Below, one piece after another: positions 43,969-54,182 of a stretch of 64,000 nt of DNA. Made by a program: the position numbers and the translations under genes. Origin of the DNA: Syntrophales bacterium (lineage in GTDB: Bacteria; Desulfobacterota; Syntrophia; Syntrophales; UBA2210); contig CAXXKT010000001.1 in the NCBI GenBank assembly GCA_963662405.2, positions 1,728,001 through 1,792,000 of the forward strand, given 5' to 3'. The notes under the pieces were generated by a model. That model had not been told where the DNA came from and made no database searches. It saw only the letters and a list, made by a program, of their open reading frames with translations. Numbering within the stretch: the stretch's first letter is position 1; each line of letters opens with the position of its first letter.

Positions 43969-45382
43969 TCAGGAAACGACAGGCCAGAGGGTGTTCCACG
44001 GGCGTGCCTTCTCGTAGGCCCGCGAAGCCTGAAGCACCAGTTCGTCCCGGTAGCGGGGGCCGATGATCTGGAGCCCCGCCGGCATCCCTTTTTCCGTGAA
44101 TCCCGCCGGTACGGATGCGGCCGGATGCCCCGAGAGGTTGAAGGGATAGGTGAAGGCCACCGCGTCGAAGATGGAGGTGGGGCGGCCGTCTATCACTGTC
44201 GGGGGGGGGCCTCCGGCGGCAAAGGCCTCCGTGGGCATCGTCGGTGTGAGGAGGAGATCGAAGCGCTCGAAGAGGTTCCAGAGAATCCGGTTCTGCTCGG
44301 TTTTGACCTGTTGCGCCTCAAGGAGCTGCTCGAGAGTCAGTGAGCGGGCCTCTATGAGGGTTGCCACCAGTGCTCTCCCCATCTCACTGCCGTACTTTTC
44401 CAGGTATTCATGCATTGTCCCGTAGATGTTAAGGCTGAAGAGTTTCGACCAGGCGTCGACCACGTTGGGCATTGCCTCCTCCAAGAGGACCACGGTATGT
44501 CCCCATCTCTTCGAAGGCGTGGACCGCCTCCTCGATGCGGGCCATGACGGTCGCGTTGAACGGTCGCATACCCCAGGGTAGGGCTGAAGGCGATCGTGAG
44601 ACCTTGGGGGATGTTCTCCAGACTATGGAGGTACGAGATCCCCGGGTGAGGGAGCGAGTCGGGTGCCGACGGGTGGTGCCCCGCCGTGCAGTCCAGGTAA
44701 AGGGCCGCATCCTCCACGGTTCTCGTCAGGGGGCCGAGGGAGACGATGGGATTCATGTTGAGGATCGGGAGGGGCCCCATGGGGATCCTCCCGTAGGTGG
44801 GTTTGATCCCGAAACACCCCGTATAGGAGGCGGGAATGCGGATTGACCCGCCGCTCGTCGGAGCCGGACGCCACGGGGATCATCCCGGCGGCAACCGCCG
44901 CCGCCGACCCGCCGCTGGATCCACCCGACGTTCGCTCGAGATTCCAAGGGTTCCGAGTAACCCCGAAGAGGCGGTTCTTGCAGAATCCCGTCGATCCGAA
45001 TTCCGGCGTGTTTGGTCTTGCCCACCACGATGGCACCGGCCTCCCTGAGGCGTGCCACCTGCACTGAATCCTCTGTTGCAACGTTGTTTCTGAAAGGAAC
45101 GGAGCCGAAACTGGTTACCATCCCGGCGACATCCTCGAGGTCTTTCACACCGATGGGCAGCCCTGCGAGGGGGGGTGGGGTCGCCCCCGCCGCGATCGAT
45201 TTGGTGAGACCGCTCGCCTCATTCAGTGCCCGATCGGCATCTATTGAGACGAAGGCGTTCAGGGAAGGGTTTGCCTTCTCTATCCGTCTCAGCGTATCTT
45301 CCATCACCTCCAGAGGTGTGAATTCCCCCGACATGATACGACCAATGAGTTCCCGCGCCGATGTGTACGAGATCAATGACAT
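43969..45382 (-). pseudogene. Amidase-signature enzyme with four +1 frameshifts (pseudogene or assembly error)
   Basis: [18 protein letters not shown] and [13 protein letters not shown] after removing single extra bases at ~45012, 44855, ~44550 and ~44502; corrected ORF is 469 aa with no internal stop. Confidence 0.85.
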
Positions 45383-45476
45383 GCCTTCCCCCCCTTTTTT
45401 TCTGTAGCGTATCGCTACCTACCGCCATACGCTAGTAAAAAAAGATTCTTTGGTCAAGGGAATAGGGAAGGAGCCA

Positions 45477-46118
45477 TCATATAGGGCCGGCGGCTCCGGT
45501 CTCATCGGCGCTTTTGAGGTGTGCCGAATAGCTGCCGTGGCGGAGCGCTTCAACCAGTTCCTTGTCGGTCATGATCGGAGAAGGGAAGAGGGTATAGGCC
45601 CGCCCCACCGTGAGTAGGCCGTGGGCGTCGGAGCCCCCGATTCCTTTGAGGCCCAACATTGCCGCCGCTTGGAGGGCGAGCCGGTTGTTCTCCGGGGAGA
45701 CGCTGGCGTTGGCGACCTCGATGGCGTAGAGCCCCTGGAGTGCCAGGACCAGATCTCCCAGCATCCCGCCGACCATGTCCGTCTGGTAGGGGTGGGCTGG
45801 GATAGCTACACCACCTCGAGTTTGGACCCAGTCGATCGCCTTCTGCATCGGGAGTCCTGAGAGGAGATCTCCTCGGCCGGCCTTGACCCCGAAGACGAGG
45901 AGGTGTCCCTCCGCCGCCCGGTACTCCATCCCCCTGAATATGGGAAAGCCGTTCTCTCGTGATATCTCCTCGAAGGGCGCGCTAAGGCTATGGGAATGAT
46001 GCTCGGTAACGCAGACGGCATCAAGACCCACCGCCCGGGCCCGCGGTACGAGATCTTCGGGGTTAATATTGGAATCGCCCCCTAGGGCGCTGTGGATATG
46101 GAGATCAATCTTAAACAT
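45477..46118 (-). CDS. PHP-domain metallophosphoesterase
   Basis: DLHIHS, VTEHH, GMEY, GHLL, AHPY, GGSDAH. Confidence 0.9.
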   Translation of the reverse strand: MFKIDLHIHSALGGDSNINPEDLVPRARAVGLDAVCVTEHHSHSLSAPFEEISRENGFPIFRGMEYRAAEGHLLVFGVKAGRGDLLSGLPMQKAIDWVQTRGGVAIPAHPYQTDMVGGMLGDLVLALQGLYAIEVANASVSPENNRLALQAAAMLGLKGIGGSDAHGLLTVGRAYTLFPSPIMTDKELVEALRHGSYSAHLKSADETGAAGPI

Positions 46119-46205
46119 GACACCCTCCCGCCACATGGAAGCGGGGCCTTCGGGTCCCGCCTATCCATTCTGACTGGAGCACCATAGAGAAAAGAGGGGA
46201 GGTTG

Positions 46206-47141
46206 TCAAGGAAGGAAGTCTTTAATAATCCGCTCGGCATTTCCTCCGAGGATGGCGTCGATCTCCTCCTCGGTGAAGCGGATCCCGTCAGGTGCCTCCT
46301 CGGGGAGAGACCGCATCATCTGTATATACTCTCCGGTCGGGATCGTGGGATCGAAGATCGGACCGTCCGTTCCGAAGAGGATCTTGTCACATCCGGCCTT
46401 GTCGATGGCTTCTCGCAATTCCCTGCAGAAGAGGGGGAAGTTCCGTTTCGCCAGGGTCTGCCACTCGGCCATGTCGCCGTAAAGATGCGGCTGTGTGTAG
46501 GCCAGCCCCGCCCAGTCGCGCCACCAGTACTGCCCCATATGGGCGGCGATAACGGTCATGTCGGGGAAATCCGTGGCAAGGGGATCCAAGAGTAGAGGAT
46601 GGGCATAGGTCCCCCCCTTCCCCGGGGGTATGATAGGGCCGGTATGGATGAGGACGACCCCTCCGGCCTCCTGGACGATCTCGTAGAGACGGTATGCCTC
46701 CTTGCCATTCGGGTAGTAGCCGTGGTCGGGATGGAGCTTGAGCCCCTTGAGGCCGTAGTCCTCGAGACAACGATGCATCAGATCCGTCGCCACGGGGCGT
46801 CGAGGATCGACCCCGGCGAGGCCGACAAACCGGTCGGGATGCCGTCGAGCGATCGCCCCCGTCCGTTCGTTGACCGTATCAGCCACCTGGAGGGTGCTCC
46901 CCTTGACCGCCGCATTGTCCACCGCGCAGAAAACGGTGACGTCGACACCGTCAGCGTCCATTTTCCTGAGCAGTTTTTCACCGTCCGGGTCCGCAAAATC
47001 ATCGTGTGCGAGAGCTGCCAGTGTTTCGAGATCGAGGTCGATTGCCAGCTTCTTCGCCGTCTCGAATGCCCATTGGGCGACGACGCGGGCCGCCCCCTTG
47101 CCGAGGCGATACATCATGTGGTAGTGAGTATCGATAATCAT
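46206..47141 (-). CDS. Amidohydrolase family 2 protein
   Basis: IIDTHYH, GLKLHP, IHTG, AHMG, FGTDGP. Confidence 0.9.
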   Translation of the reverse strand: MIIDTHYHMMYRLGKGAARVVAQWAFETAKKLAIDLDLETLAALAHDDFADPDGEKLLRKMDADGVDVTVFCAVDNAAVKGSTLQVADTVNERTGAIARRHPDRFVGLAGVDPRRPVATDLMHRCLEDYGLKGLKLHPDHGYYPNGKEAYRLYEIVQEAGGVVLIHTGPIIPPGKGGTYAHPLLLDPLATDFPDMTVIAAHMGQYWWRDWAGLAYTQPHLYGDMAEWQTLAKRNFPLFCRELREAIDKAGCDKILFGTDGPIFDPTIPTGEYIQMMRSLPEEAPDGIRFTEEEIDAILGGNAERIIKDFLP

Positions 47142-47248
47142 CGGTGCCGTTTCCCCCCTGTTTTGAATTGGACCGGATTTTCTGAAGAAAAGCTCTTTGA
47201 TTATGTACTGATCCGACTGGGGGAAGTCAAGAAGAGATAACGGGGAAG

Positions 47249-47277
47249 TTGACAGGGGTAAAACCTTTCACTATACT
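47249..47277 (+). promoter_or_regulatory. sigma70 promoter of the SDR gene cluster
   Basis: TTGACA-17 bp-TATACT, 46 bp upstream of ATG 47324. Confidence 0.75.
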
Positions 47278-47323
47278 CCTCTCGCGTACACAATTCGATA
47301 CACAGCGAAGGAGGGAGCGGTGG

Positions 47324-48085
47324 ATGGAAACGACATTTGATCTCAGGGGGAAGGTGGCGATCGTGACCGGCGGGGGGAGGGGAATCGGACGTGCGATAGC
47401 GCTTGGTTTGGCAGAAGCCGGGGCCTCTGTCGTGGTTGCCGGGAGGACCATTGAGCAGCTCGATGCGGTGGCACAGGAGATTGCCGTGCTCGGTGGCCGG
47501 GTGCTTCCTGTTGAGACGGATTTGACGGATGGGGATCAGATCGAGAACCTCGCCGCAGAGGCGGTCAAGAACTTTGGCAGGATCGATATCCTCGTGAACA
47601 ACGCGGCGCGGAGCTTTCTGCGAAGCCTCCTCGAACTGCGCGAGGACGGATGGGACAAGGTCTTCGACACGAATGTCAAGGCCGCCTGGCTTCTGAGTCG
47701 TGCCGTGGCACGTGTCATGATAGAGCAGAAGGGGGGACGGATCATCAACATCACCACGGTAGGGGCCGAGAAGGCGGAGTTGGGGATGGCCGCGTACGGC
47801 TGCAGCAAGGCGGCACTGAAGATGCTGACACGGTGCATGGCGCGTGAATGGGCCCCCTTCGGGATCCTCGTCAACGCCGTCGGTCCGGGGCTCACGCGAA
47901 CGGATTTCAGCAAGCCCATCTGGTCGAACCCGGATATCGCGAAGCACGTCGAATCCCAGCTTCCCATGGGCCGCCTGGCGGAGCCGGAGGAGATTGTCGG
48001 GTCCGTCTTGTTCCTGGCCTCTGACCTGGCCAACTATATCACCGGCCATTCCATCTATGTCGACGGCGGAGCGTTGACGACATAG
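47324..48085 (+). CDS. Short-chain dehydrogenase/reductase (DHRS4-like)
   Basis: TGGGRGIG, NNAA, YGCSK, PG...TDFS, YITG...VDGG. Confidence 0.92.
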   Translation: METTFDLRGKVAIVTGGGRGIGRAIALGLAEAGASVVVAGRTIEQLDAVAQEIAVLGGRVLPVETDLTDGDQIENLAAEAVKNFGRIDILVNNAARSFLRSLLELREDGWDKVFDTNVKAAWLLSRAVARVMIEQKGGRIINITTVGAEKAELGMAAYGCSKAALKMLTRCMAREWAPFGILVNAVGPGLTRTDFSKPIWSNPDIAKHVESQLPMGRLAEPEEIVGSVLFLASDLANYITGHSIYVDGGALTT

Positions 48086-48190
48086 CCTCGACTGTGGAAC
48101 GGGGAACGGTCTTGGTCCATCTGCGAAGTGGCGGGGAAGATTGTCTGTTGTGAAAGCCGGGGTGATCCCCGGATGTGTGGAGGAGAGTAT

Positions 48191-49681
48191 ATGAGTTGTG
48201 TTGAGCGGAAGCTGTGCGATGCCGATCAGTTTGATCGGATCTTCCATCCCGAACACCTGGCGATTATTGGGGTATCGGCGAAGGGAGGCGGATTCGGTGG
48301 GGGAATTCTCATGTCTCTCAGGGAGATCGGATTCGAAGGAACCATATATCCGGTGAATGCGCGCGGGGGAGAATTCGCCGGGATGAAGATATACAAAAAT
48401 GTCGAGGAGATTCCCACCGAAATAGACTTTGCCATTATCGCAGTTCCTGCCGGGTCTGTTCCTGACACCCTTGAGGCCTGTCGAAAAAAAGGGGCGGCCG
48501 GGGCGGAGGTCCTCTCCGCCGGGTTCAGCGAACTGGATACACCGGAGGGGGTTGCCCTGGAGGAGCGAATCCGAGAGGTCGCTGCGCGGGGAATCAGGGT
48601 TGTCGGTCCCAACTGTTTCGGCATTTACTGCCCCCGGAGCGGTCTGACCTTGCTGCCGGGTCCGGATCTTTCCCGCGAGAGCGGATCGGTTGCCTTTCTC
48701 GCACAGAGTGGGGGAATGTCGATCGATTTCTCACATATCGGGAAATGGATGGGGGTCCATTTCAGCAAGGTGGTAAGCTTTGGAAACGGGGCCGACCTGC
48801 GCGAGGTGGAGCTGATCGATTACTTCGGGGATGATCCGGAGACGACGGTCATTGCAACTTATACGGAAGGGGTGGAGGATGGCCCTGCCTTTATCGATGT
48901 CCTGAAAAGGGTGACGCGAAGGAAACCGGTGATTGTCTACAAGGGAGGGCTCTCCGAGGCAGGGGGGCGGGCCGTGGCCAGTCATACGGCCTCCATGGGA
49001 GGGAGCAGGGTCATCTGGGAAGCGCTCCTCCGGCAGTGCAACGCCGTCCAGGTTTCAAGTCTGTGGGAACTGGCCCAGACGAGCCTGGCCTTTTCGATGC
49101 TCCCCGAGCGGATCTACCGGGGGATCACCGTCGCCGGCGGGGGCGGGGCCTTGGGTATTGCCGCCTGTGACGCTGCCGAGACTATGGGTATCCAGCTTCC
49201 TCAACTCGATCCCGCCATTACCGATGCAATCATGGAGATTCTTCCCAAACCCGGGTCAAGTGCCAATAATCCGATCGATGTGGCGAACCCGCACGTGCCG
49301 CCGCATATCCTGAAGGAGACACTCCTCCGGGCGGCACAGGATGAGAATGTCGATCTCCAGATCCTGATACAACTCCTCTATCACTACAAGCCAATGGCCA
49401 TCTTTTCCGGCCAGCCGGTCAAGGAGGTGACTCCCTTCAGGGAACTGGCCGCCGCCGTCGGAGAAGTGGTGGCAACAACGGGTAAACCGGTGATCCTCGT
49501 GACCCCCAACGTCAAGCAGGGGATCGAATCACTCGATATCGAGGAAATGCTCCGCGAGGCGCGGGCCGCCTTCCTGGCGGAAGGGGTTCCCGTCTTTGAC
49601 GATCTCGAAGACGCGCTCCGGGCCGTCAACCACATATCCCGGTATCGTGCCCGAAACGAGGCCCGGGAACGGAAGACCTGA
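48191..49681 (+). CDS. NDP-forming acyl-CoA synthetase alpha-type subunit (no ATP-grasp domain)
   Basis: IYPVN, VGPNCFG, AQSGG, SFGN.ADL, ASHTASM phospho-His, NPIDV. Confidence 0.85.
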   Translation: MSCVERKLCDADQFDRIFHPEHLAIIGVSAKGGGFGGGILMSLREIGFEGTIYPVNARGGEFAGMKIYKNVEEIPTEIDFAIIAVPAGSVPDTLEACRKKGAAGAEVLSAGFSELDTPEGVALEERIREVAARGIRVVGPNCFGIYCPRSGLTLLPGPDLSRESGSVAFLAQSGGMSIDFSHIGKWMGVHFSKVVSFGNGADLREVELIDYFGDDPETTVIATYTEGVEDGPAFIDVLKRVTRRKPVIVYKGGLSEAGGRAVASHTASMGGSRVIWEALLRQCNAVQVSSLWELAQTSLAFSMLPERIYRGITVAGGGGALGIAACDAAETMGIQLPQLDPAITDAIMEILPKPGSSANNPIDVANPHVPPHILKETLLRAAQDENVDLQILIQLLYHYKPMAIFSGQPVKEVTPFRELAAAVGEVVATTGKPVILVTPNVKQGIESLDIEEMLREARAAFLAEGVPVFDDLEDALRAVNHISRYRARNEARERKT

Positions 49682-49750
49682 TGTGGGACCTGCATAATAT
49701 CTCTATACCAATTAATCTGTGATGCAGGGAAAAAAGGGGGGGGAACACCG

Positions 49751-51031
49751 GTGGTCTCTGGAGAAAAACCCATCGTCTACTACGGATGGTACATCGTCCT
49801 TATTGCGTTTGTTGCCAATTTCATGTCCGTGGGGACCAGTTTTTACATCTTCAATGCCTTCATGGAACCGCTGAGCGAGGCGCATGGCTGGTCAAGGACC
49901 GCTCTGAACATGGCCCTCGTCATGGGGATGGTTGCCGGATTTGTCGGGCAGTTTCTTGCCGGGACCCTGGTCATGAGAACCGGTCCGCGGATCCTAATGT
50001 TGATCGGCCCCATCTTTTCCGGTGGGGCCTGCATCATGCTCGGCTGGGCAGATGTCCTGTGGCAGTTCTATACCCTGTATGTTCTCTTGTATCTCGGGAG
50101 TATGACCTATGGCGGCGTGGTGGCCAACACGGCCGTTAACAACTGGTTTGTTCGCAAGAAGGGAAAGGCGCTGGGATTCGCCAGCGCGGGGATATCCTTT
50201 TCCGGTGCCGTTCTTCCCCTTATCGCCATGGGACTGATACTCCACAGCACGATATCGGGAGCCTTTCTGTGGATCGGGTTTTTGACCATGGCCGTCGGTC
50301 CTCTGTCGTGGCTCGTGATCCGGGACTGGCCTGAGCAGATCGGTCTTCACCCTGACGGTCTTCCATTGGCAGGCCTGCGCGGTTCTCAGGCCCTCGATGG
50401 CCAGCAGGAACGGCAGGTCGACGGTGTTGAAAGGGAAGAATCATGGACCCTTCGCCGCCTGATCGGATCGGGGACGTTCTGGAAGGTTGGACTCTCGCTG
50501 GGCTTGGCACTGACCAGTGTCGGCGCGGTGATGTCGCAGCTCAAACCGCGGTTTACCGATATCGGGTTCGATGATATGACGGCGATGTGGTTGATGGCGC
50601 TGACGGCCTGTATCGGCGCCATTGCGAAGTATCTTTGGGGGATGTGGTCCGACCGCTTTGACCCCCGGCGCGTCTTCGCCGTTCTCGTATCGATGATGGC
50701 CCTCGGCCTGAGTCTTGCCCTCGTCCACGATTCGCTTGTCGCTCTTGTCCTCTTTATTGTCATATTCGGTTTTGCCATGGGAGGGGTCATGTCACTTTTC
50801 CCGATCATCGTTGCCGACCTCTACGGCCGTGAATCGTTTGCCGCGGTCTTCAGGTATGTTTCCCTGATCGTAATCATCGAGGTCTTCGGTTTTGTCATTG
50901 CGGGGCAGAGCTTCGACCGGACCGGCTCCTACGACTTGGCGTACGTCATCTTTATCATATTGGCGCTGATTGCCGCCTATCTGATCGCGACGACCAGACG
51001 GCCTCAGATCGACGGCGAGACACAACGGTAA
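49751..51031 (+). CDS. MFS transporter
   Basis: YYGWYIV, ~12 TM segments, NWFVRKKGKALG, WGMWSDRF, FDRTGSY. Confidence 0.9.
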   Translation: MVSGEKPIVYYGWYIVLIAFVANFMSVGTSFYIFNAFMEPLSEAHGWSRTALNMALVMGMVAGFVGQFLAGTLVMRTGPRILMLIGPIFSGGACIMLGWADVLWQFYTLYVLLYLGSMTYGGVVANTAVNNWFVRKKGKALGFASAGISFSGAVLPLIAMGLILHSTISGAFLWIGFLTMAVGPLSWLVIRDWPEQIGLHPDGLPLAGLRGSQALDGQQERQVDGVEREESWTLRRLIGSGTFWKVGLSLGLALTSVGAVMSQLKPRFTDIGFDDMTAMWLMALTACIGAIAKYLWGMWSDRFDPRRVFAVLVSMMALGLSLALVHDSLVALVLFIVIFGFAMGGVMSLFPIIVADLYGRESFAAVFRYVSLIVIIEVFGFVIAGQSFDRTGSYDLAYVIFIILALIAAYLIATTRRPQIDGETQR

Positions 51032-51078
51032 TCATCATAACTCTCACCCTGGGGATGGTGACTCAAAAAGGAGAAAAA

Positions 51079-52266
51079 GTGGCTGGACCTTTGCGGGGAC
51101 TCAAGATTTTGGATTTCACCACGCTCCTTCCGGGGCCGTACGCGACTATGGGACTCGCGGATATGGGGGCCGATGTTCTTCGGATCGTCTCCGGTTCCCG
51201 CCCGGACCTCACCGCCCTTGCCCCGCCTTTCATCCCGGGGACGGATATCTCGTTCGCCACGGCTTGTCTTGGGCGGGGGAAGCGATGCATGACGTTGAAC
51301 CTGAAGGACCGTCGTGCCGTTGAAATTATTCATCGTCTCTTGGCGCGATACAACATCCTGATCGAGCAGTTCCGCCCCGGTGTGATGGAGAAGCTCGGAC
51401 TCGGGTACCATGCTCTCAGGGACGTCAATCCCGCCCTCATCTATTGTTCCCTCACGGGGTACGGCCAGACGGGGCCGTACCGTGGCCGGGTGGGGCATGA
51501 TATCAACTACCTGGCGCGCTCGGGGCTCATGGCGTACTCGGGGAGAAAGGAGGGGGGACCCACCCTCACGGGAATGCAGATCGCCGATGTCGCTGCCGGT
51601 TCCAACAACGCCGTCATCGGGATCCTCGCCGCGTTTATCGCCCGCCATGAAACGGGGAGGGGACAGCAGGTTGATGTCTCCATGACCGACGGCGTCATCG
51701 CCTTCAACGCCCTGGCGGGGAACGCCTGCCTGGTGGAGGAGGAGAACAATCCCGGTCGCGAGTCTTTCCTCCTGAACGGGGGGTCTCTCTACGATTTCTA
51801 CGAGACGATGGGTGGAGGATACATCAGCCTCGGGGCCCTCGAGCCGCAGTTCTTTGCCGCCTTCTGCGAGGGGATCGGCCGGCCCGACCTGGCGGCGGGA
51901 GGGATCTCTCCCGCGAATGTCGGGGAGGTCAAGGAAGAGATCCGGGCAATCATCCGGACAAAGACGCGCGACGAATGGACGGCGATATTCGAAGGGACGG
52001 ATGCCTGTGTCGAGTCGGTCCTGACCCTCTCCGAGGCCTTGGGGAGTGACCATGCCCGTGAGCGATCCCTGGTGATTGAAGCCGATCTCCCGACAGGGGG
52101 GACGGTGAGACAGATTGCCCACCCCATCACCTTTTCGGAGACGAGACAGGAATACCGGTCGGCCGGAGTTCACGCCGGGGTGCATACGAAAGAGGTCATG
52201 CGCGAGCTGGGATATGCCGACGCCGAGATAGATGCATGGGAAGAGGAGGGGCTTTTCAGCTCTTAA
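51079..52266 (+). CDS. CaiB/BaiF family CoA-transferase, alpha-methylacyl-CoA racemase-like
   Basis: GPLRGLKILDF, EQFRPGVMEKLGLG, GHDINYLA, QIADVAAG. Confidence 0.88.
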   Translation: MAGPLRGLKILDFTTLLPGPYATMGLADMGADVLRIVSGSRPDLTALAPPFIPGTDISFATACLGRGKRCMTLNLKDRRAVEIIHRLLARYNILIEQFRPGVMEKLGLGYHALRDVNPALIYCSLTGYGQTGPYRGRVGHDINYLARSGLMAYSGRKEGGPTLTGMQIADVAAGSNNAVIGILAAFIARHETGRGQQVDVSMTDGVIAFNALAGNACLVEEENNPGRESFLLNGGSLYDFYETMGGGYISLGALEPQFFAAFCEGIGRPDLAAGGISPANVGEVKEEIRAIIRTKTRDEWTAIFEGTDACVESVLTLSEALGSDHARERSLVIEADLPTGGTVRQIAHPITFSETRQEYRSAGVHAGVHTKEVMRELGYADAEIDAWEEEGLFSS

Positions 52267-52766
52267 ACATTCGGGATGTCCCCTTCTCCCGACCGGTCGG
52301 GAGAAGGGGCATATCTCATGACGTACTTGAGGGTATCTTCCTTGCAGGCTTCAAACCCGAGTCGCCGGTAGAGGGTGACCGCCGGATTGACCTTGTCAAC
52401 CTCAAATAAGACCTCTCTGTCGGTCGCATCCGCTTCACGGATGATCTCCCTCAGTATGCGGGAGCCGATACCTTTATTCCGGTAGGCCGGCAGCAATGAG
52501 AGATTGGTTACCCGGATACTCTGAAAATCAGAGTTGATCTGCAGCCTGCCGATCCGTTTGGATGCATGGACGATGACATGGTCTTCGGAAGAGGGGTATC
52601 GACTCTGGACGGACTGCTCAAAAGCGATGAACTGCTGTGCCATCAATCGTTCCCGGGCCTGTCGCGGCCAGGAGCCAGCGTGCAACTCGGCTGTTTTGAC
52701 CTCGCCGAAAAGCATCAAAAGAAAATCCGCGTCACGCTCGTCTCTCTTCCTCAGGCAAACGTCCAT
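52263..52766 (-). CDS. GNAT N-acetyltransferase linked to tail-collar genes
   Basis: LLPAYRNKGIGSRIL acetyl-CoA motif, NPAVTLYRRLGF; start 13 bp after the tail-collar stop. Confidence 0.85.
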   Translation of the reverse strand: MDVCLRKRDERDADFLLMLFGEVKTAELHAGSWPRQARERLMAQQFIAFEQSVQSRYPSSEDHVIVHASKRIGRLQINSDFQSIRVTNLSLLPAYRNKGIGSRILREIIREADATDREVLFEVDKVNPAVTLYRRLGFEACKEDTLKYVMRYAPSPDRSGEGDIPNV

Positions 52767-52779
52767 GTGCCGACATCCC

Positions 52780-53304
52780 CTACGGCCGTATCGGATAGGA
52801 GCCAGAGAGGCAGATGATGTAATGCAGACATGTCCAGGGCGGCATATTCTCATGGGAGTGTAACTTCCCTTCGTCGTTTATCATATCGGCCTTCATTGTC
52901 GGATTTCCCGTTGAATCGGAACCGTACCCGGGGCTTGTTTTTGTGGCAAATAAATTATTCTGCGGTGTATTTTTGAGCTGCCGCGCCGATGACACCGTAT
53001 CACACTGAACGGCATGGCTGTGGGCCGGTACGGTTAATTGGGTCAGTGGCACCTGCTCATATCCGCCCTTATCGCCTTGGTGACGATATGAGGTGCCCGA
53101 GCTCTGTCCCGTCCCCAACACGATGCGTCCGCGCAGATCGGGAAGATTAAACGTTGTCCTTCCGTCACCGCCGAATTGGGTGCCGATGATCGAATACAGC
53201 GCAGGATTTTCAGTGATGGAAAGAGACTGCCCGTCGCAGAATGCCCAGTTTGCCGGCGGATAGGGGCCGGCAAAATATTTGACCTCGCCTATGAATCCTT
53301 CCAT
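52780..53304 (-). CDS. Phage tail-collar domain protein (microcystin-dependent protein-like)
   Basis: FIGEVKYFAG..PP.NWAFCDGQ.L......ALYSIIGT.FGGDG.TTFNLPDLRGR; HSH; HENMPP; AAGGAGG RBS. Confidence 0.92.
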   Translation of the reverse strand: MEGFIGEVKYFAGPYPPANWAFCDGQSLSITENPALYSIIGTQFGGDGRTTFNLPDLRGRIVLGTGQSSGTSYRHQGDKGGYEQVPLTQLTVPAHSHAVQCDTVSSARQLKNTPQNNLFATKTSPGYGSDSTGNPTMKADMINDEGKLHSHENMPPWTCLHYIICLSGSYPIRP

Positions 53305-53342
53305 GATTACCTCCTTCCTATAAACGGTACCGGTGATGATGG

Positions 53343-53870
53343 TTAATCTCTCGGAGGCCACAGCCCTTCCGTGCACATGATGTACTGTAAACAACCCCAG
53401 GGGGGCATGTTATCGTGCGGTTGTCCGCCGCCGGATTCGTTGAGCATATCGGTTTTCATCAGAGGATTCCCTGTTTCATCGGCTGCATACCCCGTGCTTC
53501 CCTCTAATAGCGCCGGAAGATTGCCTTGAGGCGTGTCTTGGAGTTGTCTTCCTTGAGAGGTGATGTCGCATTTTACCGTATGTGTATGCTGGGGCATCTG
53601 AGCTGTTGTGAGGGTGACATTTTCAGCGCCGCCACGCTGACCGGCGATACGGGGTGTCAGACCGGGGCCTGTGCCGGCTCCCACCGGGACCCGTCCGCGC
53701 AGATCGGGGACGCCGAACGTTGTCGTGCCATCTCCGCCGAACTGGGTGCCTATTAAAGCGTAAAGAGACTGGTATTGAGCGACCGAAAGTAGCTGCCCAT
53801 GACAAAAGGCCCAGTTCACGGGCGCAAACGTTCCTGCAAACATCTTGATTTCACCGAGGTATCCATCCAT
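53343..53870 (-). CDS. Phage tail-collar domain protein, paralogue
   Basis: YLGEIKMFAGTFAPVNWAFCHGQ...FGGDGTTTFGVPDLRGR; HTH; HDNMPP; AAAGGAG RBS. Confidence 0.92.
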   Translation of the reverse strand: MDGYLGEIKMFAGTFAPVNWAFCHGQLLSVAQYQSLYALIGTQFGGDGTTTFGVPDLRGRVPVGAGTGPGLTPRIAGQRGGAENVTLTTAQMPQHTHTVKCDITSQGRQLQDTPQGNLPALLEGSTGYAADETGNPLMKTDMLNESGGGQPHDNMPPWGCLQYIMCTEGLWPPRD

Positions 53871-54182
53871 AACGTTCTCCTTTCTGTTGCGTGATTTGTT
53901 TTTTGTGAAACAGGAAACTGAATCCCTGAAAAGAATAGCTGTCCAAGCAGTATCGAGGACTATCGACCTGGATCCGGAAGATACAGCGTGTGAAATCAGA
54001 GGATCTCATGGCACTGCAAGAGGTCGCGAAAGAGATTTCACTGAAAATGTGGAACGGAATCGAAAGAGTTGTTGAAAAAAACAACTCACTATGGAATTAT
54101 ACGCTCCATATGCGATCCATACAACAAAAATATACGCACAGATCTTTGTGCCGATACTCTCGGTCAGAGAGGAGCAAGAACC

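Noticed and set aside
43969..45382. gatA, or programmed frameshifting
   Set aside because: No gatB or gatC neighbours, and four separate shifts without slippery sites do not fit recoding.
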